This document shows, piece after piece, positions 10,772-22,009 of a stretch of DNA of 64,000 nt. Source of the stretch: an uncultured Candidatus Binatia bacterium (lineage in GTDB: Bacteria > Desulfobacterota > Binatia > UBA9968 > JAJDTQ01); contig OZ243916.1 of assembly GCA_965213675.1 (NCBI GenBank), positions 2,880,001-2,944,000 on the forward strand, read 5' to 3'. The stretch's first letter is position 1, and every line of letters begins with the position of its first letter. The translations under genes were made by a program, and so were the position numbers. The notes under the pieces are model-generated. The model saw only the letters and a list, made by a program, of their open reading frames with translations, did not search any database and was not told the DNA's origin.

Positions 10772-13483
10772 CTAAGCATGCGCCGCCGCCCAGTTCTCTC
10801 CCGTGTGGACGTCCACCACCAGGCCGCAGCGCAACTCGGCGGCGCCTTCCATGCACTCCTTGACCAGTCCGGTGGCCTCTTCCAGCGAGGCGCGCGGCAC
10901 CTCGAACACCAGTTCGTCGTGCACCGTGAGCAGCATGCGCGCCACGGGCTGCCCCGCGAGCGCCCGGTCCACCGCGATCATGGCGCGCTTCATGATGTCC
11001 GCGGCGGTGCCCTGGATGGGCGCATTGAGGGCCATGCGCTCGCCCACCGCGCGCATGCGGTGGTTGGACGACTGCAGCTCGGGAAGATAGCGCCGGCGGC
11101 CGAACATCGTCGTGGTGAAACCGTCCACCCGAGCCCGCTCCACCTGCGCGTCCAGGAACGCCTTGACCCCCGGAAACTGGGCGTAATAGGCGTCGATGAA
11201 CTCCCGCGCCTCGCCCACCTCGATACCCAGCCGCTGTGACACGCCGTAGGCGGACATGCCGTAGGCAATACCGTAGGAGAACTGCTTCACCCGGCCGCGC
11301 ATGTCGGAGGTGACGCCGTCCAACGGTACGCTGAACACCTTGGCCGCGGTGGCCGCGTGAAAGTCGTGACCGTGGGCGAAGGCCTCCAGAAAGCTCGGGT
11401 CCTCGGACAGGTGCGCGAGCACGCGCAACTCGATCTGCGAGTAGTCCGCCGACAGCAGCACATGGTCCGCCGGAGCCACGAACGCGCGCCGGATCTGGCG
11501 CCCGAGATCGGCCCGGATGGGAATGTTCTGCAGGTTGGGCGCGGACGACGACAGCCGCCCGGTGGCGGCCGCGGCCTGCTCGTAGGTGGTGTGAATGCGC
11601 CCGGTCCCGGGATTCACGAGGCTCAGCAACGAGTCGGTGAACCCGGTGCGGAGCTTGGCCACTTCACGGTACTCCAGCAGCGCGTCGATGATGGGATGGC
11701 GCCCCGCCAGCTTGCCCAGCTCGGCGGCATCGGTGGAGTAGCCGGTCTTGATCTTCTTGGTCTTGGGGAGGCCGAGTTTGTCGAACAGGATGCGCGACAA
11801 CTGCGGGTGCGAGTTCACGTTGAAGGTTTCGCCGGCATGTGCCTGGACCTTGGCCTGAAGCGTGTCCATGCGCTCGCCGAGTTCCTGGTTGAGGCCGCCG
11901 AGATAACCGTCGTCCACCAGGATGCCGGCGTGCTCCATGCGCGCCAGCACCTCGGTCAGGGGGAACTCCAGCGTCTGCGCCAGCTCCCAACTGCCGGACT
12001 CCTTGAGGCGCGCCTCGAGCACCGCCGCCGCCGCCTGCACCGCCGCCGCCTCGGACGCGAGCCGGCGCCGCCGCCGCGCCCGCGCGGGGTCCTCGTCGCC
12101 CGGGTTGAGAAGGTCCTTCTGAACGCCGGCCGACCCGGTTCCGTCCTCCGCCCCCTCATCCAGCGTCGCGTCGAGGTAGCGGGCGACGATGTCCTTCAAT
12201 GCGTAGCCGCCGCTGGCGCCGGGGTCCAGCAGGTAGGCGGCGATCTTGAGGTCGCAGCGCACGCCGCGCAGCCGGCTCCCCTGGCGCATCATGGTGCCGT
12301 GCAGGGGCTTGGCTTCGTACACCGCCTTGGACACGTCCGGGTCGGCCAGCACCCCGGCGGCGTCCGCCGCGCCGTCGAACGGCAGCATCCCCACCTGGCC
12401 CGCCTTGGCGCACAGCGCCGCCATGCCGTGGTCCCACGCCACCGCCACCGACTCGGCCGCGGGCACGTCCGCGCCGGAGGCCCACTGGGAGATGGATTCC
12501 GGCCGGATCACCGCCTCCTCCGCGGGCGCCGCGGCGCCCGGAGCGGCGAGGGCGAGGAAGCGTTCGTACAGGGTGCGGAACTCCAGCGACGTGAACAGCC
12601 GGCGCACCGTCTCCGGATCCCACGGCCGGCGCTCGAACAGGCTCGCGCCGGTGTCCAGGGGCACGTCGTCCAGGAGACGTCCGAGCTTGCGGTTGAGCTT
12701 CACCTGATCGGCGCACGTCTCGATGCCCTTGCGGATCTTCGGGGTCAGCTCGGCCGCGTGCTCGACGATGCCCTCGATGTCGCCGTACTTGGCCAGGAGC
12801 CGGGCCGCGGTCTTGTCGCCCACGCCGGGCACCCCGGGGAGATTGTCGGCCTGCTCGCCCTTGAGGGCGGCAAAGTCCGTCCAGCGCTCGGGGCCGACGC
12901 CGTAGCGCTCCACCACCATGGCGGGATCGTAGCGGATCATGTCGGTGACGCCCCGCCGCGTCATGAACACGGTGACGTCGTCGTTCACGAGCTGAAGGCA
13001 GTCGCGGTCGCCGCTCACGATGATCACGTGGTGGCCGGCCTCGCGCCCGCGGCGGGCCAGGGTGGCCAGCAGATCGTCGGCCTCATAGCCTTCCAGCTCC
13101 ACCACCGGCACGCACAGCGCCTCCAGCACCTCGCGGATGAGCGGGAACTGCTGGCGCAGCGTCTGGGGCGTCTCGTCCCGTCCTCCCTTGTACGCCGGAT
13201 ACTGCTCCAGCCGGAACCGGGGCTCGCCCTTGTCCATGCACGCGATCACCGCGTCCGGCCGCTCCTCGCTCTCCAGCTTGAACAGCATGGACGTGAAGCC
13301 GAACACCGCGTTGGTCACCTGCCCGGAACTCGTGCCCAGCGTCTCGGGCAACGCGAAGAACGCCCTGAACGCCAGCGAATAGCTGTCCAGCAGAAGGACG
13401 CGGCTCTTCGCCGGATCACGGCTCGGCGCGGGCCTCCCCATCGTCACCGACTTGTCCGATTCGGTGTCTCCCCTGGCCGCCAT
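10772..13483 (-). CDS. polA: DNA polymerase I
   Basis: 5'-3' exonuclease (YEADD, SGDRD, DNLPGVPGVG), TGRLSS, ADYSQIELR, VHDEL. Confidence 0.97.
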   Translation of the reverse strand: MAARGDTESDKSVTMGRPAPSRDPAKSRVLLLDSYSLAFRAFFALPETLGTSSGQVTNAVFGFTSMLFKLESEERPDAVIACMDKGEPRFRLEQYPAYKGGRDETPQTLRQQFPLIREVLEALCVPVVELEGYEADDLLATLARRGREAGHHVIIVSGDRDCLQLVNDDVTVFMTRRGVTDMIRYDPAMVVERYGVGPERWTDFAALKGEQADNLPGVPGVGDKTAARLLAKYGDIEGIVEHAAELTPKIRKGIETCADQVKLNRKLGRLLDDVPLDTGASLFERRPWDPETVRRLFTSLEFRTLYERFLALAAPGAAAPAEEAVIRPESISQWASGADVPAAESVAVAWDHGMAALCAKAGQVGMLPFDGAADAAGVLADPDVSKAVYEAKPLHGTMMRQGSRLRGVRCDLKIAAYLLDPGASGGYALKDIVARYLDATLDEGAEDGTGSAGVQKDLLNPGDEDPARARRRRRLASEAAAVQAAAAVLEARLKESGSWELAQTLEFPLTEVLARMEHAGILVDDGYLGGLNQELGERMDTLQAKVQAHAGETFNVNSHPQLSRILFDKLGLPKTKKIKTGYSTDAAELGKLAGRHPIIDALLEYREVAKLRTGFTDSLLSLVNPGTGRIHTTYEQAAAATGRLSSSAPNLQNIPIRADLGRQIRRAFVAPADHVLLSADYSQIELRVLAHLSEDPSFLEAFAHGHDFHAATAAKVFSVPLDGVTSDMRGRVKQFSYGIAYGMSAYGVSQRLGIEVGEAREFIDAYYAQFPGVKAFLDAQVERARVDGFTTTMFGRRRYLPELQSSNHRMRAVGERMALNAPIQGTAADIMKRAMIAVDRALAGQPVARMLLTVHDELVFEVPRASLEEATGLVKECMEGAAELRCGLVVDVHTGENWAAAHA

Positions 13484-13647
13484 GCAATGAGTCTACTCCG
13501 GGGCACGAAGGAGGGTCAACCGGCTAAAGTTTCCGTTCCTGGGGTCGAACTTCCTTATGCAAGTCGTCTTGACATTCGTCGGGTTTCTTGTTGTCGTGTT
13601 CTTGAATGAACCGTAAAAGCGCGCGCAGCGTATGTGGAGATACTATG

Positions 13648-14166
13648 ATGGGCTTGATCGTTTCCGAAGTCTACGATGCGCTGGTTGCCGCCGGGGCTTC
13701 GCAAGAAAAAGCGCTGGCCGCAGCCAGCGCCGTACCCCCCGCCGAACAAATGGCCACAAGGGAAGACATCGCCAAAATCGAGGCCAAGATGGCCACCAAG
13801 GAGGATCTGGCCAGAGGAATCGCCAAAATCGAGGCCAAGATGGCCACCAAAGAGGAGCTGGCCAGAGGAATCGCCAAGGTCGAGGCCAACATGGCCACCA
13901 AAGAGGATCTGGCCAGAGGAATCGCCAAGGTCGAGGCCAACATGGCCAACCTGGACACCAGAATAGCCAACCTGGAGGCCAGAATCGCCAAGGTTGAGGC
14001 CGACATGGCCAAGCTGGAGATCAGAATCGCCAAAATCGAGGCAAGCATGGTCACCAAGGACGACTTCGCCAAAATCGACAAACAAATCGCGGTCCTCCGG
14101 TTGGCGGTCATCGGATTCGGTTCGACCATCGTAGGCTTGCTGTTGAGGCTGACCTTCTTCCCGTAG
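13648..14166 (+). CDS. DUF1640/CCDC90-like coiled-coil protein (paralogue 3)
   Basis: MGLIVSEVYDALVAAG head; 51-bp repeats (ATKEDLARGIAKIEAKM) then heptads; TM tail LTFFP; GGAGA-N7-ATG. Confidence 0.85.
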   Translation: MGLIVSEVYDALVAAGASQEKALAAASAVPPAEQMATREDIAKIEAKMATKEDLARGIAKIEAKMATKEELARGIAKVEANMATKEDLARGIAKVEANMANLDTRIANLEARIAKVEADMAKLEIRIAKIEASMVTKDDFAKIDKQIAVLRLAVIGFGSTIVGLLLRLTFFP

Positions 14167-14220
14167 ACCTGGACATCCCTCTCCCTTCGCCCACCGAGCG
14201 CCCCTGACCGGCCTCGCCTG

Positions 14221-14246
14221 AATTCCCGTTTCCGCGGGGAATGACG
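14221..14246. repeat. Degenerate REP family A unit
   Basis: AATTCCCGTTTCCGCGGGGAATGACG between convergent genes. Confidence 0.55.
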
Positions 14247-14258
14247 GCCGTTCCGGGG

Positions 14259-15953
<1,695 letters not shown>

Positions 15954-16234
15954 GTGCCTGTCTCCTTCCGGGCGCTGCACGACCCGGACACGGGCGGGGG
16001 TTTCGCCCTCTGCTTGAGTTTAGACGGTTTGCGCGTCAGGAGCTCGCGCCCCAGGAATTCACGTTTGCAAATCCGCTCTTATCCGTCCCATCGGCCGCTC
16101 GATTTCGTCAAATATGACATGATATTCTCCTCAGTCGAGCGGCCGAAGGGACGGCGATAGCGTATTTTCGCTTTCGCGAAGTCCTGCGGCGCAAGCTCCC
16201 AGGGGGACGGAACGTTGCCAGGAGTCAGCCGACG

Positions 16235-16969
16235 ATGAACCCTTCCACAACACCCTGTCGCCGCCGCGCCGCCGTCATTCGGCACATCGCTTTCGAAGAC
16301 CTGGGGTCGTTCGCACGGCCTCTGTCCGAGCGTGGCTGGCACATCCAGTATCTTGACGCCGGCGTGGACCCGCTCGAAGAGGCCGCGGACGCCGATCTGC
16401 TCGTGGTCCTGGGCGGTCCCATCGGCGCCGGGGACGAGCGCCAATACCCCTTCCTCACGGACGAGGTGCGGCTCATCGCGCGACGCCTGAACGCGGGCCG
16501 CGCGACCCTTGGCATCTGCTTGGGCGCCCAACTCATGGCGCGGGCGCTGGGGGCGCGTGTGTACGGCGCGGCGCGCAAGGAAATCGGCTGGGGGCCGCTC
16601 TCCCTCACCGAAGCCGGCGCCGCTTCTCCCTTGGCCACGCTCGCGCCGCACCGTACTTCGGTGCTCCACTGGCACGGCGACACCTTCTACCTGCCGCGTG
16701 GTGCGCTTCACCTGGCCTCCACCGCGGTATGCGAGAACCAGGCCTTTGGCTGGGGCGAGCGAGCGCTGGCGCTTCAGTTTCATCCCGAAGCGACGGGCGC
16801 CGGGTTGGAGCGCTGGTTCATCGGCCACACCCTGGAGATCGAAACCACCCCGGACATCTCGGTGGCCCGGCTCCGCGACGCCACCCGCCGCTTCGCGCCG
16901 GCCCTGGAAAGCCAGGGACCGGCGTTCTTCCGCCGCTGGCTGGAACAGGTGTTTCCAGGAGAACCCTGA
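16235..16969 (+). CDS. Class I glutamine amidotransferase-like protein
   Basis: LGGPIG, GICLGAQL nucleophile elbow, LQFHPE. Confidence 0.9.
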   Translation: MNPSTTPCRRRAAVIRHIAFEDLGSFARPLSERGWHIQYLDAGVDPLEEAADADLLVVLGGPIGAGDERQYPFLTDEVRLIARRLNAGRATLGICLGAQLMARALGARVYGAARKEIGWGPLSLTEAGAASPLATLAPHRTSVLHWHGDTFYLPRGALHLASTAVCENQAFGWGERALALQFHPEATGAGLERWFIGHTLEIETTPDISVARLRDATRRFAPALESQGPAFFRRWLEQVFPGEP

Positions 16970-17010
16970 TCTACAGGCAGGGGCGCCCGGCCGCTACCCG
17001 CTGGTGCGTG

Positions 17011-17928
17011 TCACCCCGCGATCTCCTCCAATTCGCGGCGGGTGTCGATGTCCTTGGCGAAAGAACGGATCCGGGTCAAGGTCATTGCCACCGGGTGGGA
17101 CATGCGGCCAGCGGCGTCCCGGACCATGATCTGGCGCGACAGTTCGGCGGCGAGATCCGGCATCGCGAGACGGCGCGTGGCGTAACGGAGGTAGGTCTTC
17201 AGAATACCGCACGGCGCCGCCAGGGTCCGACCCGGGCAGCGAAAGTTCCGCAGCAGGCGCCGGTCTTCCTCCATCCACAGCCCGAACGCCTTGAGCGTGA
17301 TGCGCATCATGCGCTCGTAGACACTGCGGTTGCGGTAGCGGTACGCCATCATGAGGAACATGTTGAACCAGTCGAGGCGGATGGCGTTGGGCCGGAGGAC
17401 GAGCACGTGGCCGGGATAGAGGTTCAGCGGCGGCTGGTGCGGCGCGGGACGAATACGGTAGCTGGGCTTCCAACTGCTGACGCCCATCTCCTCCGGCTCG
17501 GCGGCGATCATCTGCCACCACAGCCCGCTGCCGGCGCGGGGCGCGTAGCCCTCGTCCAGCAGCGTGCGGAACTCTTCCGCCGTGGGCAGGATGTCGCACG
17601 CCGAAACCGCCACCGGGCGATCCGGGTAGCGCTCGGTCAGGAGCGTGGCGAACCGCTGGATGTTTGCCAGCAGGTCTCCAGGGGTGTCGCTGACCTCACA
17701 GTCCACCAAGTCCCGATAGACGTGCGCCGGTCCCACCAGAACGGGGTCCTCGAACCGGCGGCTCTCGCGCATGCGCTGGATCAGCTCGCCCGCGATGCAG
17801 CGACCGGACGGCAGGCGCACCGCGCCCTTGAAACCCTGAAGCAAGTCGCCGGGCGCCATTCCTTCGGGTATCGTCTCGACCCGGTCATTGCCGCCAGCCA
17901 TCACGAGGACCGGCAACAGGTCAGTCAT
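17011..17928 (-). CDS. Hypothetical protein, possible nucleotidyltransferase-like fold
   Basis: N-terminal VLVMAGG...KG, central SACDI, C-terminal AKDIDT resemble MobA-like NTP transferases. Confidence 0.55.
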   Translation of the reverse strand: MTDLLPVLVMAGGNDRVETIPEGMAPGDLLQGFKGAVRLPSGRCIAGELIQRMRESRRFEDPVLVGPAHVYRDLVDCEVSDTPGDLLANIQRFATLLTERYPDRPVAVSACDILPTAEEFRTLLDEGYAPRAGSGLWWQMIAAEPEEMGVSSWKPSYRIRPAPHQPPLNLYPGHVLVLRPNAIRLDWFNMFLMMAYRYRNRSVYERMMRITLKAFGLWMEEDRRLLRNFRCPGRTLAAPCGILKTYLRYATRRLAMPDLAAELSRQIMVRDAAGRMSHPVAMTLTRIRSFAKDIDTRRELEEIAG

Positions 17929-18168
17929 TCACTTCTCGCTCCATCGGTGCAGGGGTGTCATGCCACGGGACCGTTTCGCGGTTCCGTGGCGCTCGGTCGC
18001 AACGCCTCAGTATGCCTCCCTGCCGTGGCGCTCTCAAGTTCCCTTCACCCGTGCTTCATCTTTTGATAGATCGTGACAAAACTGCTAGTCAAAAAGCAGG
18101 AGCCGTGCGCTTGCGTGAACCGTCCTCGACTCGGTTCGAGCCGGCGCTCGAAAGCAGCCGCATCCATC

Positions 18169-18357
18169 ATGCCAACCACGGTCAAGTGCCCCATTTGTCG
18201 TACCGAAATCCCATGGACCGGCAATCCCTTCCGGCCCTTCTGCTCGGAGCGCTGCCGGTTTGTCGATCTTGGCGCCTGGGCGGGCGGCGACTATTCCATT
18301 GTCGGGGACGAACTGGAGGACGAGTCGCAACCCGTCGAAGAGTCCGGACCCCGATGA
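18169..18357 (+). CDS. yacG: DNA gyrase inhibitor YacG
   Basis: CPIC...RPFCSERCRFVDLGAW zinc finger. Confidence 0.92.
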   Translation: MPTTVKCPICRTEIPWTGNPFRPFCSERCRFVDLGAWAGGDYSIVGDELEDESQPVEESGPR

Positions 18358-18456
18358 ATCAGGATTCCGTACCCGTACCCAACTCCGGCGTCTCGCGGCC
18401 CAGCGCTCCAGCGGCGCCCTTCGCAGCGCTTCAGCCGTAGGCGTTGGCGAGAGACC

Positions 18457-19257
18457 ATGTCGATACATCCTACCGCCGTGGTGGATCCACGGGCCGACAT
18501 CCATCCGGCAGCCGAGCTGGGGCCCTATGTCGTCATCGACGGTCCGGCAAGGATCGGCGCCGGCACGTGCCTCTTTCCCCACGCCGTGGTCCTGGGACAC
18601 ACCGAACTGGGCGAAGACAACCAGTTGCACAGCGGTTCCGTCCTGGGAGACGCGCCGCAGGACCTCTCCTACCGGGGCGCGGAGTCCTACCTGCGAATCG
18701 GCGACCGCAACGTGTTTCGCGAGGGCGTCCAGGTCCATCGCGGCACCGCGCCCGGCAGCGCCACGGTGATCGGCAACGACAACTTCCTGATGGCCAACAG
18801 CCACGTGGCCCACAATTGCCGGTTGGGCAACCGTGTCATCATGACCAACAACTCGGTGGTGGGCGGCTACGTGGAGATCGGCGACCGCGCGGTGCTCTCC
18901 GCAAGTTGCGCCGTGCATCAGTTCGTGCGCATCGGTCCGGTGGCCATCATGCGCGGATTGAGCGCCACGAGCCGCGACGTGCCGCCGTTTTCCATCATCG
19001 ATTGGCAGCACACGGTGCGCGGATTGAACGTGGTGGGTCTGCGCCGGGCCGGTTTCGAGGAGTCGCGCATACGGGCTCTGAAGAACGCCTTCCAGATTCT
19101 CTTCCGCAAACGGCGCAACCTGGGCGTGGCGGTCAAGGAACTGGAAGAAAACCTCGTCGATCCGTTCGGGGACGTCGGTTTCCTGCTCGAGTTCATCCGT
19201 TCGTCCAGGCGCGGCGTCTGCGCTGGCCCCAGATCCCATCCCTTGGGCAGGCCGTGA
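18457..19257 (+). CDS. lpxA: UDP-N-acetylglucosamine O-acyltransferase
   Basis: IHPTAVVD, PQDLSY, HVAHNC, HQFVRIG, GLNVVGLRR. Confidence 0.92.
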   Translation: MSIHPTAVVDPRADIHPAAELGPYVVIDGPARIGAGTCLFPHAVVLGHTELGEDNQLHSGSVLGDAPQDLSYRGAESYLRIGDRNVFREGVQVHRGTAPGSATVIGNDNFLMANSHVAHNCRLGNRVIMTNNSVVGGYVEIGDRAVLSASCAVHQFVRIGPVAIMRGLSATSRDVPPFSIIDWQHTVRGLNVVGLRRAGFEESRIRALKNAFQILFRKRRNLGVAVKELEENLVDPFGDVGFLLEFIRSSRRGVCAGPRSHPLGRP

Positions 19258-19373
19258 GCGTGGCGTCCTGCGATCCGCGACGCTCTGGAAGAACGGATTG
19301 AAAACGGTTTGAAAACCTCCACCGTTCGTTCGAAGCCTTCCGACAGGCTCGGGACGGACGCCGTCCAAGGGCC

Positions 19374-20102
19374 TCACACCGGCCGGTGGTGTTTCGCGAC
19401 GCAGCGCTCGACAGCCTCCTCCGACAGCGGAAACTGGAACATCTCGTTGCGCATGCGCACGCGCTGCAGGCTCACGCGCTCGATGGCCCGTTTCATGGCC
19501 TTGAGTTGCTGCTTGTTGCCGGCGGCGCCGGCCGCCTCGCGCGCCGCTTCGCGGTAGTGGTTTCTCTCGTCCTGGTAGACCACTTCCATGGCCGCGGCGA
19601 TCTTGCGCGCGAGCACGCTGCCCTTGAGCTTGCGCCCTTCCCGAAACAGGCGTGCTCCGCCGCCCTCGGTGACCAGAACCGCGGCCTTCTCCACTGCCGA
19701 GCCGGCCACGTAGTCCCGGCGCAGATCGCCCAGGGCTTTCTCTTCGGGCAACTGGATGGTGTCCTCGGCGGCGATCTTGCGGCCGAGGAGGTACTCCAGG
19801 ATGTCCGCCTGGAGCACGTAATGGTTGAACTCCTGGACCATCTGTTCCATGAGCCCGTGGTAGTGGTGCCGGTCCACCGTGCGGTCCACCTCGGGGAACA
19901 TCTCCACCAGGTTGGCCAACTCGCGGTGCAGGCCGCTGAAATAGCCGTCCACCGGGTGCAGTTCCTTCCATAGCTGAGCCTTCAGCCAGTATACGTGCTG
20001 GTCGCGGGTCGGGCTGCCACGGAAGAACCGCTTGGCAATCTCGGCCTCGGTCTCCCAGTATGGATAGGCCACGTCGATCAGGTATTTCTCGGTCGCGTTC
20101 AT
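19374..20102 (-). CDS. Hypothetical ferritin-like (di-iron carboxylate) protein
   Basis: Helical protein with E..H pairs EFNH and ERNH plus intervening Glu residues. Confidence 0.6.
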   Translation of the reverse strand: MNATEKYLIDVAYPYWETEAEIAKRFFRGSPTRDQHVYWLKAQLWKELHPVDGYFSGLHRELANLVEMFPEVDRTVDRHHYHGLMEQMVQEFNHYVLQADILEYLLGRKIAAEDTIQLPEEKALGDLRRDYVAGSAVEKAAVLVTEGGGARLFREGRKLKGSVLARKIAAAMEVVYQDERNHYREAAREAAGAAGNKQQLKAMKRAIERVSLQRVRMRNEMFQFPLSEEAVERCVAKHHRPV

Positions 20103-20300
20103 GGCACGGGCGCCTCCCCAGCGCCGGTTCCGGCGAATCGTGTCCGGCAACTTCTGTCGCGTCCGGCATTTTCGCGCGACGCGCCTGACAGCGGCGAACT
20201 CCGAAGTCGAAGGCCGCCTGTCTTTCGCGGCACAGGTCGCCGCCGGGTATCCTGCACCGCTTTCGCTTTACCGTCCCATGGCATACTATGGACTCTCGCC

Positions 20301-21035
20301 ATGTCCAAGACCGCGGGCATCATCATCATCGGCAACGAGGTCCTTTCGGGCAAGACCCAGGACATCAACTCCACGTTCCTGTGCCGGGAACTCCGGCAAC
20401 TCGGTGTCGAGGTCCAGCGCGTGACGGTGATACCGGACGACCTGGAACTCATCGGGCGCACCGCCTCGCGCTTTGCCGCCCAATGGGACCTGGTGTTCAC
20501 CACCGGCGGGGTGGGCCCGACCCACGATGACGTGACCATCGAGGGAATCGCTCACGGTTTCGGGGTCAAGGCGGTGATCGAGCCGGGCCTCGAGGGGAGG
20601 CTGCGGGCGCGCTACGGCGCGGACCTGAATCCGGCGCGGCTGCGCATGGCCATGGTACCGGAGGGGGCGGAGCTACTCGCCGCCGGGGCCATGTTCGCCC
20701 CGGTGATCCGTATGAGGAACGTCTACGTATTCGCCGGGGTGCCGCGTATCCTGCAGGATCGCTTCCACGCCATCAAGGAACGCTTCCGCGAAGAGCCCTT
20801 CCACTTGCGCAACATCTACATCAAGGACGGGGAAGGGGTCATCGCGGCGACACTGAACGAGCTGCTCGAACGTTTCCCCGACATCCTGCTGGGCTCCTAC
20901 CCGGTTCTGGACAACCCGGAATACAAGGTAAAGGTGACGGTAGAGTCCAAGAGCGCCCCTTACCTAGACCAGGCTGTGGCCGATCTGCTGGAGCAACTGC
21001 CAGCGGCGGCGATTCTGCGCGTCGAGGAAGGCTAG
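20301..21035 (+). CDS. Molybdopterin-binding/CinA N-terminal domain protein
   Basis: IIIGNEVLSGKTQDIN, TTGGVGPTHDDVT. Confidence 0.88.
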   Translation: MSKTAGIIIIGNEVLSGKTQDINSTFLCRELRQLGVEVQRVTVIPDDLELIGRTASRFAAQWDLVFTTGGVGPTHDDVTIEGIAHGFGVKAVIEPGLEGRLRARYGADLNPARLRMAMVPEGAELLAAGAMFAPVIRMRNVYVFAGVPRILQDRFHAIKERFREEPFHLRNIYIKDGEGVIAATLNELLERFPDILLGSYPVLDNPEYKVKVTVESKSAPYLDQAVADLLEQLPAAAILRVEEG

Positions 21036-21066
21036 TTAGGGTAGCCACGGCCGCGTATCCGCTTTC

Positions 21067-21324
21067 CAGGTTGTGTCAACACTGATGGGGGCAACTACGT
21101 AACAGAACGTCATTCAAGCGAAACAGGCTGTGTCAAACCCGTGAGGCAAAACCCTACGGAACGTCATTCCCGCGGACGCGGGAATCCAGGGGCGGTGGTG
21201 GGGCACTACGGCGGCGTTTCCCCGCCTCGCCACCCCTGGATTCCCGCGTCCGCGGGAATGACGATTCAGGGTGTTGGTGCCTCTCTGAGTTGGCGTGTGA
21301 CACGGCCTGTTTCGCGGGAATGAC
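21067..21324. repeat. Nested palindromic element: REP doublet 21163-21262 inside outer inverted ends
   Basis: Outer GCGAAACAGGCTGTGTCA...TGACACGGCCTGTTTCGC; inner GTCATTCCCGCGGACGCGGGAATCCAG and its inverse. Confidence 0.9.
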
Positions 21325-21330
21325 GATCCG

Positions 21331-21774
21331 TTACGGGCTGGCGAAGCGCTCGCCGGTCTGGGTGCCGATCCAGACCTCGCCACCCTGGTAGATTTCCTTC
21401 TTCCAGATGGGCACGCGCCTTTTCAATTCGTCGATGGCGTAGCGGCACGCCTTGAAAGCGTCGTCCCGGTGCGGCGCGGAGACGGCGATCATCACGCTGG
21501 CCTCACCGATGGGCACGTTGCCCAAGCGATGCACGATGGCCATGCGGGTGATGTCCCACTTTCCGGCGGCTTCTTCTCCGAGTCGGGTCAATTCCCGCTC
21601 CGCCATGCCGGGGTAGGCCTCGTAGTCCAGGGAGATGATGGAGCGGCCCTCGTTGTGGTTGCGGGTAGCGCCGATGAAGGTCGAGATGGCGCCGGCGCCC
21701 GGGTCGCTCACGTGGGCCAGCAATTCGTTCAAGTCGATGGGTTCGTCGGTCAGCCGGTACACCTTACCCTCCAC
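21331..21774 (-). CDS. moaE: Molybdopterin synthase catalytic subunit
   Basis: LDYEAY, HRLG, IDELKRRVPIWKKE. Confidence 0.95.
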   Translation of the reverse strand: MEGKVYRLTDEPIDLNELLAHVSDPGAGAISTFIGATRNHNEGRSIISLDYEAYPGMAERELTRLGEEAAGKWDITRMAIVHRLGNVPIGEASVMIAVSAPHRDDAFKACRYAIDELKRRVPIWKKEIYQGGEVWIGTQTGERFASP

Positions 21775-22009
21775 TTACCGGCGGGATGAAGGCCACCTCG
21801 TCGCCGTCGGCGAGCGGGTGGCCGCGCTGGACGTATTCGCTGTTCACGGCATAGAGGAGCTTGAGGTCGACGCCGGCAAGCCCCGGGTATTCGTGGCGCA
21901 GCCGGGTCCAGAGTTCCTCCACCGTACAGTCCTCGGGCACTTCGTGAACCGCGTCGCCGGCGCCCGCCCGTTCCCGCAGCATGGCGAACAGCCTGACACG
22001 CACGTTCAT
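21764..22009 (-). CDS. moaD: Molybdopterin synthase sulfur carrier
   Basis: LFAMLRE ... DEVAFIPPVSGG C-terminus. Confidence 0.95.
   Translation of the reverse strand: MNVRVRLFAMLRERAGAGDAVHEVPEDCTVEELWTRLRHEYPGLAGVDLKLLYAVNSEYVQRGHPLADGDEVAFIPPVSGG

Noticed and set aside
16104-16121. Short palindrome GTCAAATATGAC in the gpmI/amidotransferase intergenic region
   Set aside because: Single occurrence with no assignable regulator
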